Source: Heterodontus francisci (Eukaryota). From it: a stretch of DNA of 64,000 nucleotides. The stretch covers positions 4,712,001 to 4,776,000 of the forward strand of contig NC_090404.1 in NCBI RefSeq assembly GCF_036365525.1. The letters are read 5' to 3'. The notes under the pieces are model-generated. The model was not told the origin of the DNA. It saw only the letters and a program-made list of their open reading frames with translations, and made no database searches. A program made the translations under genes and the position numbers. Each line of letters starts with the position of its first letter. The stretch's first letter is position 1. This document shows, in pieces, positions 1-12,120 of the stretch.

Positions 1-1510
1 CTCTGTTTATATTAAGCTGGAACTTGCTTATGTCTATATTATACTAGATGTTGTCACTGTTTATATTATGTTAGGTCATTTTCCAATTCGTATTCCAACA
101 ACCATTGTCTCTGAACATATAAAAACAGTCCATTGTTCAGCTATCCCGACATTGGCCCAATCTCAGGTGTTAATACTCTGGACCATGTTCCAGCTTGCAC
201 CACACAATACCCTGTCTAGGTCATTCCTGCACGAGATCACATTTCTGTTTCTATCACACAAAGCCCTGTCTCTGTTATTACTGTGATGAACCATCTCTCT
301 GTTACTACTACACGGAATTCTGTCTCACCTAGTGCTGCACTTGTCCATGTCTCAGATCATTGAAATCGAGGTTCTGTATCAATAATTACTGCACTGGACC
401 TTGTCTCGGTTTTTCTTCTAATGGACCCTGTCTCACGTTCTATCATGTCCCTGTTCTCATTACACAAGACTCTGTCCCAATTATTATTGCACTCGACAGA
501 TTTCAGATTACACTTGATCATGTATCTGTTTAACTTACACCAGAACATGTCTGTTAATACTACACGAGACACAATCTCAGTTTTTACTGAGCTAGATCCA
601 GTGTTGGTTCATATTACCGTATATCTTGTATCAATAATTGGTGCACTGGAGCCTGTCTCAGTATTCCTGCACCAGGCCCTGTCCCTGTTTATATTACCAC
701 AGTGCCTGTCTCTGATCATGTTGCACCAGTCCCTCTCTCAGTTATTACTGTTCTGGACCCTATCTCAGCTGCTACTACACAGGACTATGCCTCTGTTTAT
801 ATTAAGTTCGGCAAAGTCTCTGTTATTGCTGCACCAAACCCTGTGTCTGTTTATAGTACACTAAACCCAGTCTCAATTAGTGCTGGACCATTCAATGTCT
901 CCGTTCATATTACACTGGAACATGTCCCTGTTAATACTCCACTTGCACATGTCCCTGTTCGTATTAAAATAAGTCTTGTCTTTTCATTACTAATGTGTTT
1001 ATATTGCAATTAGAACACTCTCTGTTTATATTACACAGGACCCTGTCTCTTTTTATATGACACTTGACCCTGTCTCTTTTTATATTACACTGGACCCTGT
1101 CTCTGTTTATATTCCATTTGACCCTTTCTCTGTTTATATTACACTGGACCATGACTCAGTTACGACTGCACTTCGTTGCATCTCTGTTTATATTACATTC
1201 GACCCTATCTCTGTTCTTACTACACCAGGCCTTGGCCCTGTTTATATTACACTCGACCTTATCTCTGTTCTTTCTGCACTAGGCCCTGTCTCGATTTATA
1301 TTACACTCGACCTTATCTCTGTTCTTTCTGCACCAAGCCCTGTCACTGTTTATATTACTCTCGGCCCTGTCTCTGTTTGCATTACACTCGGCCGTGCCTC
1401 TGTTTATATTAAACTAGGCCCTGTCTCTGTTTATATTACTTTGGACGCTGACTCTGTTTATATTACTGTTAACACTGTCTCTGTTTATATTTCACGAGAC
1501 CCATTTCGGC
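1..1510 (+). repeat. Degenerate 27-bp tandem satellite (consensus ~CCCTGTCTCTGTTTATATTACACTGGA)
   Basis: Unit visible repeatedly (e.g. 1040-1100, 1400-1500); produces the 9-aa periodic pseudo-ORFs (PVSVYITLD) at 421-864 and 1057-1518. Confidence 0.9.
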
Positions 1511-1529
1511 AAAAGTGACCATAACGCTG

Positions 1530-4100
1530 GAAGGTTTAAGATAGTTATGGAAAATGACAAAGATAGACCAGAAATAAAGGTACTGAGTTGGGGGAAGGAC
1601 GATTTCAATACGATAAAATAGGATCTGGCCTAAGTGGACTGGGAGCCGCTACTTGGAGGAAATTCTACATCAGACCAGTGTGAGTCATTCAAAGGGGAAA
1701 CAGTGAGCGTTCAAAGACAACATGTACCCGTTAAGGTGAAGGGAACCCTGGATGTCAAGGGATATAGAGGATTGGATCAGGGAAAAAGGAAGCTTTTGGC
1801 AGATTCACAGCGCTGAAAGCAGTGGAGGTACTAGATGAGTATCGAAAGTGTAGCGGGGGGGGGGGTACTTAAAAAAGTAATTAGGAGAGAGAAGAGTAGA
1901 TAAGAAAAAACACTGGCAGGCTAGATAAAGGAAACTTCTAAAGCGTTTTCTAAGTATATTAAGGGTAAGAGGATAACCAGGGAAAGAGTAGGACCCATTA
2001 GGGACCAAAGGTGCAATCTCTGTGTGGAGCTGGAGGACATTGGTGAGGTTTTAAATGATTACTTTTAATCTGTGTTCACCTTAGAGAAGGTCAATGTTGG
2101 TGCAGAGATCAGGGAAGGGGATTGTGATATACTTGAACATATTAGCATTGAAAGGGAGGAAGTATTAGCAGTTCTGGTGAGCTTAAAAGTGGATAAATCA
2201 CGAGGCCCAGATGAGATGTATCCCAGGCTGTTATGTGAGGCATGGAAAGAGATAGCAAGGACTCTGACACAAATTTTCAAATCTGCTCTGGCCACAGGAG
2301 AGGTACCAGAGGATTGGAGGACAGCGAATGTGGTACCATTATTCAAGAAGGGTAGTACGGATAAACCAGGGAATTACAGGCCGGTGAGTCTAACATCAGT
2401 GGTAAGGAAACTATTGGAAAAAATTCTGAGGGATAGGATTAATCTCCACTTGGAGAGGCAGGGATTAATCAGGGATAGGGAGCATGGCTTTGTCAGGGGG
2501 AGATCGTGTCTAGCTAACTAGATTGAATGTTACGAGGCAGTGACTCGATGTATAGATGAGGATAAAGCAGTTGATATTCTACATGGACTTCAGTCAGGTT
2601 TTTGATAAGGTCCCACATGGGAGATTGTTTAAAAAGGTAAGATCCCATGGGATCCAGGGCAATTTGGCAAATTGGATCCAAAATTGGCTCAGTAGCAGGA
2701 GGCAGAGGGTGATGGTTGAGGGTTGTATTTGCAAGTGGAAGGCTTTGACCAGTGGTGTACCACAGGGATCGGTGCTGGGACCCATACTGTTTGTAGTGTA
2801 CTTTACTGATTTAGGCGTGAATATAGGAGGTGTGATCAGTAAGTTCGCAGATGACATGAAAATTGGTGCTTTCGTAAATAGTGAGGAGGATGGCCTTACA
2901 TTACAGGACGATATCGATGGGCTGGTAAGATGGGCGGAACAGTGGCAAATAGAATTTAGTCCTGAGAAATGTGAGGTGATGCATTTTTGGAGGACTAATA
3001 AGGCAAGGGAATATATAGTGGATGGTAGGACCCTATGAAGAACAGAGGGTCAGAGGGACCTTGGTGTACTTGTCCATATATCACTGAAAGCAGCAGCACA
3101 AGGAGATAAGGTGGTTAGGAAGGCATATGAAAATTATGAGGGGTATTTATGGGTTAGATAGGAAGAAACATTTTCCCCTAACGGAGAGGTTCATAACTAG
3201 GGGACATAGATTTAAGGTAAGGGGCAGGAGTTTTAGAGGGGAGTGGAGGAAGGAAAGTTCACCCAGAGGGTGATTGGAATCTGGAACACACTGCCTGAAG
3301 AGGTGGCAGAGGCACGAACACACATGACATTTAAGAAATATTTAGATGAGCACTTGAAATGCCATAGCATACAAGACTAGGGGTCAAGTGTGGGCAGGTG
3401 GGATTAGTATTGGACAGGTGCTTGATGGTCAGCGCAGGGGCGCTGGGCCGAAGGGCCTGCTTCTGTGTTGTAAAACTCTATGACCCGATAGGATTCTTGC
3501 CTTTATGAGCCGAGGCATTGAATATAAGTGCAGGGAGGTTATGATGGAGCTCTCTAAAACACTGGTTCGGCCACAGCTGGAGTACTGTGTGCAGTTCTGG
3601 GCACCACACTATAGGAAGGATGTGATTGCACTGGAGAGGGTGCACAGGAGATTCACCAGGATGTTGCCTGGGCTGGAGCATTTCAGCTATGAAGAGAGAC
3701 TGAAAAGGCTAGGGTTGTTTTACTTAGAGCAGAGGAGGCTGAGGGGGAACATGATTGAGGTATACAAAATTATGAGGGGCAGTGATAGGTTAGATAGGAA
3801 GAAAATGTTTCCCTCAGCGGAGGGGTCAATAACCAGGGAGCATAGATTTAAGGTTTAGAGGGGATTTGAGGAATTTGTTTTTCACTCTGAGGATGGTTGG
3901 AATCTGGAATGCACTGCATGAAGAGGTGGTGGAGGCAGGAACCCTCACAACATTTAAAAAGTATTTGGATGAACACTTAAAACGCCATAGCATACAAGGC
4001 TACGGGTCAAGTGCTGGAAAATAGAATTAGAATCGTTCGGTGCTTGAGGCTGGCACAGACACGATGGGCCGAATGGCCTGTTTCTGTGCTGTCTGACTCT
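1530..4100 (+). mobile_element. CR1-type LINE (degraded ORF2 plus 3' tail) with a nested 5'-truncated CR1 3' fragment at ~3129-3487
   Basis: ORF pieces 2072-2521, 2556-3038 and 3505-3858 carry CR1 RT motifs ([50 protein letters not shown]); two 3' tails (GGGCCGAA.GGCCTG.TTCTGTG.TGT). Confidence 0.9.
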
Positions 4101-4104
4101 ATCC

Positions 4105-4450
4105 AGTTTATGTTTCACGACACCTTATCTCTTTTTATATTGCACTAGACCTTGTCTCTGGTTATATTGAACTTGACCCTTTCTCTGTTTATATTACACG
4201 AGACCATGTTTCAGTTATGACTGGACTTCGTTGCCTCTCTGTTTATATTACACTAGACACGATCTCTGTTCTCACTGCACCAATCCCTGTCTCTATTTAG
4301 ATTACATTAGATCCTCTCTCTGTTTATATTAGACTAGACCCTATCTCTCTTCTTACTGCACCAGGCCCTGTCTCTGTTTACATTCCACTAGACCCTCTCT
4401 CGGTTTATATTACACTGGGCCATGTTGGGTTTTCACTGCACTAGGCCATG
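4105..4450 (+). repeat. Continuation of the 27-bp satellite after the CR1 insertion
   Basis: Same unit and orientation as 1-1510. Confidence 0.85.
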
Positions 4451-5309
4451 TTTCCAGTAGATGAAGAGATATTATTATGAATAAGGATGTTCGACTGGAA
4501 ATTGTTATCAGGTGACGGCCGAACGGACGCTTTTGGCTCGGCCGCCCGTTCTACCCAGGGCCTGGTGTTCAATTACATTGCAGTTAACGGAGTTGCTGCC
4601 AATACCAAGCGGTCAATCCGATAGTGACTCTTTCTGTGCCACTGTCTGAAACCAATTTCCATCTTATGTGTTTGTGTGTTGGGCGGGTGTAACCATTCTC
4701 TTATGGAAGAACACTTTTAATCTTGTTAATAGCTATCAGTAGCTTATGTGAAATTTCTAATTGCTCTGGTATTATGTGGGTAATATTTGTGTTAAAAGGA
4801 TGGGCTGAATCCTGCAACAATCTCCCAGAGACGGACTGGGTGGGATTGAAGGATTAAAGGTCAGTAATAGTGCCCTGCACTTCACAATACTTGGTAACAA
4901 ACTCTGTTGTGTTAAAGTGTGCTAATTCACACTTGTGTTGTACTGTGACAATTCCTCACTTTATAATGTTCAGGATATTTTTGTCGCTGCGGGATTTTCA
5001 ATTCAGAGTTCACTTGACCTCGTGATTGTGTTCGAAACAGCCTGGAACAGTGACCCCGCAGCCCCAAACGACAGGCTGCCGCAGGGTCCTAATGTCCACC
5101 AAGTTCAATCATCTGATCAACAGGGACAACTGAAATGAAAACACACAATGTTTTATATAGGCGAGTGTGTGTGTGTGTGTGTGTACCAAATAAATCATCC
5201 TTCATGATTGCAAGGTGGTTCCACATAGTTATATGACCTATTTCACTAGATTGTTTCTGCATTTTATTTCCTTTTATTCAAACTGTAATTGCAGATTGTT
5301 TAATACCGT

Positions 5310-5740
5310 GTGATATAAACAGAGATATGGCCTCGTGCAATGATAACAGAGAGACAGGACATCAGGTGAAACTATAAGAACCATGTCTTGATGTAATCAT
5401 AATTGAAACAATACATTGTACAATAATAACTGAAAGTGGTCATAGTGTAAGACTAGCAGAAGCAGGGTCAACTTTAACAATACCAGAAACAGGTTCCTAC
5501 TGAAAAGTGACAGAGACAAAGTCTCCAGCAATAATAATAGAGGTGTGCACTAGAATTGGAATAACAGGCAGGTTATTTTTCTAAAAATAAGAATGGCAAT
5601 GTGTAACAATTACACAGACAGGGTCTAATACAATAAGAGTAGAGGCAGGATCCAGAGTATAACAGCAAAGATGTGGCTTACTTTGAGTGTAACAAAGGCA
5701 GTGTTTGATCCAATAATAACAGAGGCAGGCTGCAGTGTAT
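5310..5740 (-). repeat. 27-bp satellite in reverse orientation (resumes at ~10770-11000 and ~11290-11400 after the Tx1 insertion)
   Basis: ATAAACAGAGA(C/T)AGGG / AGTGTAATAA units are the reverse complement of the left array. Confidence 0.75.
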
Positions 5741-6013
5741 TTTTTTTTTTTTTTTATTTCCAAAATATACTTTATTCATAAAAATCTGTAAAAATTACAT
5801 TGCCAAACAGTTTCCAAACAGCACCAAAAAATACAAACATTGCAAAAGGGATCAGTTTCTTTCAATAATGTCATGAGTTTCTTCCCAACCCTTCCGTTTC
5901 ACAATTGTCATGTCAATTACAGTTTTACATTTACAGCAATTGAGAATATTAACGATACAGTTCGAGGGGTTTCCCATGAATCCAGCCCCTCAGTCCAGCT
6001 TGGTGGGGGAACC

Positions 6014-9000
6014 TTACACTGTGGTCTTTCCCCATTGAGCCTTTGCTGCGGCTGCCCCAAGCTTTAGTGCGTCCCTCAGCACGTAGTCCTGGACCTTGGA
6101 ATGTGCCAGTCTGCAACATTCGGTGGTGGACAACTCTTTGCGCTGGAAGACCAGCAAGTTTCGGGCAGACCAAAGGGCGTCTTTCACCGAATTGATAGTC
6201 CTCCAGCAGCAGTTGATGTTTGCCTCGGTGTGCGTCCCTGGGAACAGCCCGTAGAGCACAGACTCCTGTGTTACAGAGCTGCTTGGGATGAACCTTGACA
6301 AAAACCACTGCATCTCTTTCCACACCTGCTTTGCAAAGGCACATTCCAGGAGGAGGTGGGCGACCGTCTCTTCCCCACCACAGCCAACGCGGGGGCACTG
6401 TGCGGAGGGGGCGAGACTTCGGGTGTGCATGAAGGATCTGACGGGGAGGGCCCTTCTCACCACCAGCCAAGCTACGTCTTGGTGCTTGTTTGAAAGTTCT
6501 GGTGATGAGGCATTCCGCCAAATGACTTTGACGGTCTGCTCGGGGAACCATCCGACAGGATCCACCGTTTCCTTTTCCCGTAGGGCCTTGAGGACATTCC
6601 GTGCAGACCACTGCCTGATGGACCGGTGGTCAAAGGTGTTTTTCCGCAGAAACTGCTCCACGAAGAATAGGTGGTACGGCACGTCCCAACTGCATGGAGC
6701 GTTCCGCGGCAATGTGACCAGGCCCATCCTTCGCAACACCGGGGACAGATAGAACCTCAGCACGTAGTGACACTTGGAGTTTGCGTACTGGGGATCTACA
6801 CATAGCTTGATGCAGCCGCACACGAAGGTGGTCATCAGGATGAGGGCCACGTTGGGTACATTTTTCCCGCCCATGTCCAGAGATTTGAACATCGTGTCCC
6901 TCCGGACCCGGTCCATTTTAGATCCCCAGACGAAGCGGAAAATGGCTCGGGTGACTGCCACGGCGCAGGAGTGGGGTATGGGCCAGACCTGCGCCACGTA
7001 CAGCAACAATGTGAGCGCCTCGCACCTGATGACCAGGTTCTTACCCACAATGGAGAGAGATCGCTGCCCCCACATGCCCAACTTTTGTCGTACCTTGGCT
7101 ACTCGCTCCTCCCATGTTTTGGTGCACGCCCCGGCACTTCCGAACCATATCCCCAGCACCTTCAGGTAATCTGACCTGACGGTGAAGGGGACAAAGGATC
7201 GGTCGGCCCAGTTCCCAAAGAACATGGCCTCGCTCTTGCCGTGGTTAACTTTGGCTCCCGAGGCCAGTTCGAACTGGTCGCAGATGCTCATCAGTCTGCG
7301 CACGGACAGCGGATCCGAGCAGAAGACGGCGACGTCATCCATGTACAGGGAGGTTTTGACCTGAGCGCCTCCGCTGCCTGGGATTGTCACCCCTCTTATG
7401 CTCGCATCCTTCCTAATAGACTCAGCAAAGGGTTCAATACAGCAAACAAACAAGACCGGGGACAGAGGACAGCCCTGTCTGACTCCAGATTTGATCGGGA
7501 AACTTTCAGATTCCCACCCGTTGATTGAGACTGCGCTACTGATGTTTGTGTAGAGCAGTTGGATCCAATTGCAGATTCCCTCCCCAAACCCCATTTTGGA
7601 AAGCACGTCCATCATGTAGGTGTGCGATATCCTGTCAAAAGCCTTCTCCTGGTCCAGGCTGATGAGGCAGGTGTCCACCCTCCTGTCCCGTACGTAGGCG
7701 ATCGTATCCCTGAGTAGCGCGAGACTATCAGAGATCTTCCTGCTGGGTACAGTACAGGTCTGATCGGGGTGAATCACCAGCTCCAGAGCAGACTTGACTC
7801 GACTGGCTATGACTTTGGACAGAATCTTGTAATCAACATTAAGCAGTGAGATGGGCCGCCAATTTCTGATTTCTGCCCTCTCCCCCTTCTGCTTGTAAAT
7901 GAGGGTGATGATGCCTCTTCTCATGGATTCTGACATGCTGCCGGCCAGGAGCATACTCTCGTATACTTCCAGCAGGTCCAGGCCGACCCAGTCCCACAGG
8001 GACGAGTACAACTCGACCGGTAAGCCGTCGCTCCCGGGGGTTTTACTCGTCTCGAAAGACTCGACGGCCTTTGTCAGCTCGTCCAGAATTAGCGGCTTGT
8101 CCAGTCTCTCCCTCCTGCTGTCATCTAGGACCTCTGTGATAGATGACAGGAAGGACTGGGAGGCTCTGCTGTCTGTGGGCTTCGCGTCATACAGCCCAGC
8201 ATAAAAGGATTTGCTGATCCTTAGTATGTCGGACTGCGAAGACGTTACCGAGCCATCTTCTTCCTTCAGGCTGCTGATAACAGAGCTCTCTCTGTGTACC
8301 TTTTGGAAGATGTAACGCGAGCACGTCTCATCCTGCTCGATGGAGCGGACTCTGGACTGGAAGATGATCTTGGAGGCCTCCTTGGCAAAGAGCGAGGCCT
8401 GCTGGCTCTTCACCTCTTGGAGGTCCTCCTTGACCTCGACCCCCATTGACTGCAACCGGAGTAGATTTTGCATAATTTTCTGGAGTCGGGACAGTTCCCT
8501 CTGTCTCTCTCTCGCCTTCTGAACACCTTTGTGGATGAAGAACCTCTTGATGTTCTCCTTTATCGCTTCCCACCAGTGAACTGGAGACTCAAAGAGGGGT
8601 TTCACGGTCCTCCAACCTTTGTAATCCCTTTTGAGTTCCTCAACGTTCTCTGGGGTCAGCAGTGTCGCATTGAGCTTCCACGTCCCTCTGCCAACCCGCT
8701 GGTCGTCCTGTAAGTGACAGTCGGCCAGTAAGAGGCAGTGGTCGGAGAAGAACACCGGCTTGACGTCGGTGGATCCGACCGTGACAGCACGGGACACAAA
8801 CAGGAAGTCAATCCTGGAACGGGCAGACCCGTCCGATCTTGACCATGTGTATCTGCGCTGCGCTCCGTCTGCAGGTTTGCTGAAGACGTCGTGCAGTTTG
8901 GCATCCTTAACTGTTTCTATTAGGAATCTGGACGTAGCGTCCAGTTTGCTGTCGTCACTGCCGGATCGTCCAGCCGCATCGATGATGCAGTTGAAGTCAC

Positions 9001-9421
9001 CGCCTAGGATGACCGGCCTGGACGTCGCGAGCAGCAGTGGGAGCTGCTGGAAGACGGTCAGCCGCTCGCTGCGTTGTACCGGGGCGTACACGTTGATCAA
9101 CCGGAGCGGAGCGTTGTTGTACATCACGTCTGCTACGAGGAGGCGGCCGCCCACCACCTCCTTAACTTCGGAGATGGTGAAGTTACCTCCCCGCAGCAGA
9201 ATACCCAGGCCGGAGGAACGGCAGTCATTACCCCCCGACCAGATCGATGGCCCGTGGGACCACCATCGCGACCACTGCCTGCAGGTGCTGAGGTGTGGTA
9301 TTCCACACTCCTGCAGAAACAGTAGGTCAGCTTTGACCTTGGCAAGGTAATCCAAGGTTGAAACACATCGCGTAGTAGATTTAATGCTACGCACATTAAT
9401 GGAAGCAATTCTTACACCCAT
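6014..9421 (-). CDS. Tx1 ORF2: APE endonuclease, reverse transcriptase and C-terminal zinc finger, uninterrupted 1135 aa
   Basis: SINVRSI..LQE, GGDFN, SRIDF, FSDH; NWRPISLLNVDYKI, DQEKAFD, GVRQGCPLSP, YMDD; CPRVGC..ETVAHLLLEC. Confidence 0.95.
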   Translation of the reverse strand: MGVRIASINVRSIKSTTRCVSTLDYLAKVKADLLFLQECGIPHLSTCRQWSRWWSHGPSIWSGGNDCRSSGLGILLRGGNFTISEVKEVVGGRLLVADVMYNNAPLRLINVYAPVQRSERLTVFQQLPLLLATSRPVILGGDFNCIIDAAGRSGSDDSKLDATSRFLIETVKDAKLHDVFSKPADGAQRRYTWSRSDGSARSRIDFLFVSRAVTVGSTDVKPVFFSDHCLLLADCHLQDDQRVGRGTWKLNATLLTPENVEELKRDYKGWRTVKPLFESPVHWWEAIKENIKRFFIHKGVQKARERQRELSRLQKIMQNLLRLQSMGVEVKEDLQEVKSQQASLFAKEASKIIFQSRVRSIEQDETCSRYIFQKVHRESSVISSLKEEDGSVTSSQSDILRISKSFYAGLYDAKPTDSRASQSFLSSITEVLDDSRRERLDKPLILDELTKAVESFETSKTPGSDGLPVELYSSLWDWVGLDLLEVYESMLLAGSMSESMRRGIITLIYKQKGERAEIRNWRPISLLNVDYKILSKVIASRVKSALELVIHPDQTCTVPSRKISDSLALLRDTIAYVRDRRVDTCLISLDQEKAFDRISHTYMMDVLSKMGFGEGICNWIQLLYTNISSAVSINGWESESFPIKSGVRQGCPLSPVLFVCCIEPFAESIRKDASIRGVTIPGSGGAQVKTSLYMDDVAVFCSDPLSVRRLMSICDQFELASGAKVNHGKSEAMFFGNWADRSFVPFTVRSDYLKVLGIWFGSAGACTKTWEERVAKVRQKLGMWGQRSLSIVGKNLVIRCEALTLLLYVAQVWPIPHSCAVAVTRAIFRFVWGSKMDRVRRDTMFKSLDMGGKNVPNVALILMTTFVCGCIKLCVDPQYANSKCHYVLRFYLSPVLRRMGLVTLPRNAPCSWDVPYHLFFVEQFLRKNTFDHRSIRQWSARNVLKALREKETVDPVGWFPEQTVKVIWRNASSPELSNKHQDVAWLVVRRALPVRSFMHTRSLAPSAQCPRVGCGGEETVAHLLLECAFAKQVWKEMQWFLSRFIPSSSVTQESVLYGLFPGTHTEANINCCWRTINSVKDALWSARNLLVFQRKELSTTECCRLAHSKVQDYVLRDALKLGAAAAKAQWGKTTV

Positions 9422-9434
9422 TTTTTACTAAAAA

Positions 9435-10764
9435 TTAGTTGTTGCTTCCCATACCATTTGTCCTCGCTAGTCCCAGTCCTTCCCCTTCGGGATGTTCCTG
9501 CATACCCATCGTATGCGCAAGCAGTTTCACGTTGGTTGGGCTCAGAAACCCCTCCTGATTTTTCATGCAGGGTTTGTGCCGCTCGGGTGACATCGGGGGG
9601 GTCTTGTAGGCAGAGAGGATTGGGTTGTCCTCAGCTGCTTCCATCTGTTCCTCCTCGAAAACATCACAGCTCCCGGTCTCCCGGAGCTCAGGTGCGCCAG
9701 ATGTGTCTCTGCTCCCGGTGTCGCAGAGCTGAGATGCGTTGGCCACTTCGTTACGTGTGGGGCATTGGGGTTGGGGCACGCTGGGCCCATCACAGCTTCC
9801 AGTGCCCGGGGGCTGGGATGCTTTATCATCCATCTCGGAGTTCTGCCGCCTCTTTTGAAGGGGCTGTCGTTCCAGCATTTCCCCGTCCAGTGAAGAGGAG
9901 TTGTTGCAGTCTGATTCAGAAGAGAGCCTCCTCTTGCCACTGGTTTGGGTGGTGGCTTTGGGATGTTTTTTCTTTGTGGTTTTCCTCTGGACCACTTGCC
10001 ACTGACCTGTTTGTCCATCTGCTGCCTCCTCCTCCATTGATTCTGTCTGTGGAGGAGGGGTTTCCGGGCGCTGGGTAGGTGCTGGGTCGTTGGTTTCAGC
10101 TGCCTCCCCTTCCTTCTCAGGTTGAAGTTCCTCACTGCGAAGAAGGTTGCTGGTCTCCTTTCGAACAGCGGACGCCTTCGTCGAACCTTCTCCCGGCCTT
10201 TCCTTGGACCTTGCCGCCTGAGCATAGCTGAGGCAACGTTTGGGGCAGGTCTTGTAGAGATGGCCTGCCGCACCGCACAAGTTGCAACACTTAGTCTGCT
10301 TACAGTCCTTGGTCTGATGGCCTTCCTCCTTGCAGTTCTTGCAAACAACCGTGCTGCAGTTGGCTGCCATGTGACCAGATTTGCCACAGGTGCGACAAAC
10401 TCTGGGCTGCCCAGCGTAGACCAAGAAGCCTCGACTTCCCCCGATAGCGAAGCTGGAGGGAGGGTGGATGATGGCTCCACTGGGATCTACCTTCAAGGTC
10501 ACCTTGACCTGCCGCTTGCTGGTCCAGATCCCAAAGGGGTCCTTGACATCAGTGCTGCTGCCGGTCACCTCGACGTACCTGGCGAGAAAGGTGAGTACAT
10601 CCACCACAGGAACATGGGGGTTGTAGAGGTGAATCGTCACCACCCGGTCCCGTTGTGACGGAAGCGTGAAGAGCGGCTCCGCTGTGAGGATCGACAGTGG
10701 AGCCCGGTCCCCTTTCTCCTTGAACGCCTTCAGGAACTTGATGCATCCCGCCACGTTCCGGAAC
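9435..10764 (-). CDS. Tx1 ORF1 (gag-like, three CCHC zinc knuckles), N-terminally truncated
   Basis: CRTCGKSGHMAANC, CKNCKEEGHQTKDC, CNLCGAAGHLYKTC; frame is open to the element's 5' junction with no native ATG. Confidence 0.88.
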
Positions 10765-11654
10765 GTGTATTACTGAACACATCACTACATCCAATGTGAT
10801 GATAACACAGTCAGTATCCAGTGCATCAAAACCAAAGCTTTGGTCTCCTATCATAGTGCATGTGAGTCAGAATCTATTCATATAACAGCAAATACTTTGC
10901 CGAACACCTCATAACAGAGTCAATGACCACTGCAGTTTGAATGAGATGGGCTTAGTGTAATAACACAGGCACTATTTGGTGTAATGGGAGCTGGGAAAAG
11001 ATCATGTCAGCATTGACACTCTCAGCCTCAGTCAGAAGGTGTGGGTTCAAGCCCCACTCCAGACACTCGACTGCATAATCTAGGCCGATGCTCCCGTTGC
11101 CAATATAAATACAAGTCGTTCTGTTCTTTTGCCCACTATTTTGTTAGACTCAGAAGGAGTGAGGGGAATTGCAGATGGAGAAATTCTAGGCAATTTCTCC
11201 ATCCAGCGAGGCAGGGGCTCTGGTGACATAATTGCAAGTTTGACGTGACTGCCCATTCCTAAACAACCTCTTCCCCCCTCCCCCTAATAATCACAGAGGC
11301 CGGCTCAAGGGTATCAATAACAGAGGCTGCTTTTACTGCAGGAACTCTTACCTTGAGAGAGGCAGAGGGTCTAATAAACACCCGATTGCAATAGGAAGAC
11401 AAAGTGCAGGGAAGCACTGACGTTTTGGGCCCAGTACAGGCTTCTGTGTTATGGTGAGTGAAACAGGGAGTAGTGTGAGAAAATAGGAATGGAAACATCA
11501 TGACAGGCACATGTGGCTGACTCCATCCGACTACGCTGATGCACAAAAGGGGGTGACCACGAGGACAGGGCGTACTCCAGAGATTTCTGATATCTGAGGT
11601 GACAATGGTGCATGTCTCAGAGGAACTGAAAAGAAACTGCTTCTTCTCATCTGT

Positions 11655-12120
11655 CAGCTGTGCCTCAGTTTTTACAACGCTCACCTTTGAGTCATAAGCT
11701 TCCAGGTTCAAGACCCAATCCGGGGCTTAACAGCAAAAATCAAGGCTGATACAGTAGTGCAGTATTGAGGGAGCACAGCACTGCCAGAGGTGCCGTCTTT
11801 CAGATGAGATGTTAAACCGAGGCCCAAATCTACTTGCTCGGGTGGATGTAAAAGCTCTCTGGTACTATTTGGAAGAAGAACAAAGGAGTTATCCCCAGTG
11901 TCCTGGTCAAGGTTTATCCCTCAATCAACATCACAAAAACAGATTATCTAGTCTTTATCGCATTGCTGCTTGTGGGAGTTTGCTGTTTGTAAACTGGCTG
12001 ATATGTTTCCTGCATTACAACAGTGACTACACTTCAAAAGTACTTCATGGATTCTAAAGCATTTTGAGATGTCCGGTGGTTGTGAAAAGCCTGATATAAA
12101 TGCAAGTCCTTCCTTTCCTT
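11655..12120 (+). mobile_element. Deu-domain SINE (SacSINE1/AmnSINE1-like); 5' fragment also at ~11010-11110, reverse fragments at ~21930-21990 and ~57870-58000
   Basis: tRNA-like head (GAGTCA.AAG...GGTTCAAG), Deu-type core GGTGCCGTCTTTCAGATGAGATGTTAAACCGAGGCCC, tail ...TATAAATGCAAGTC. Confidence 0.75.

Larger units (their letters stand above)
5742..10764 (-). mobile_element. Tx1-clade (L1 group) non-LTR retrotransposon, 5'-truncated within ORF1, with poly(A) tail and GTGTATT target-site duplication
   Basis: T-run at 5741-5755; AATAAA on minus strand at 5771-5776; GTGTATT at 5735-5741 and 10765-10771; two ORFs 13 nt apart. Confidence 0.93.

Noticed and set aside
421-1518. Hydrophobic ORFs with 9-aa periodicity
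   Set aside because: Translations of the 27-bp satellite; open in several frames with no gene structure
5949-10658. Overlapping and antisense ORFs of 100-300 aa in the Tx1 element
   Set aside because: Shadow frames of a GC-rich coding element
11259-11711. 150-aa minus-strand ORF
   Set aside because: Runs across SINE, unique and satellite sequence with a non-ATG start and no recognisable domain
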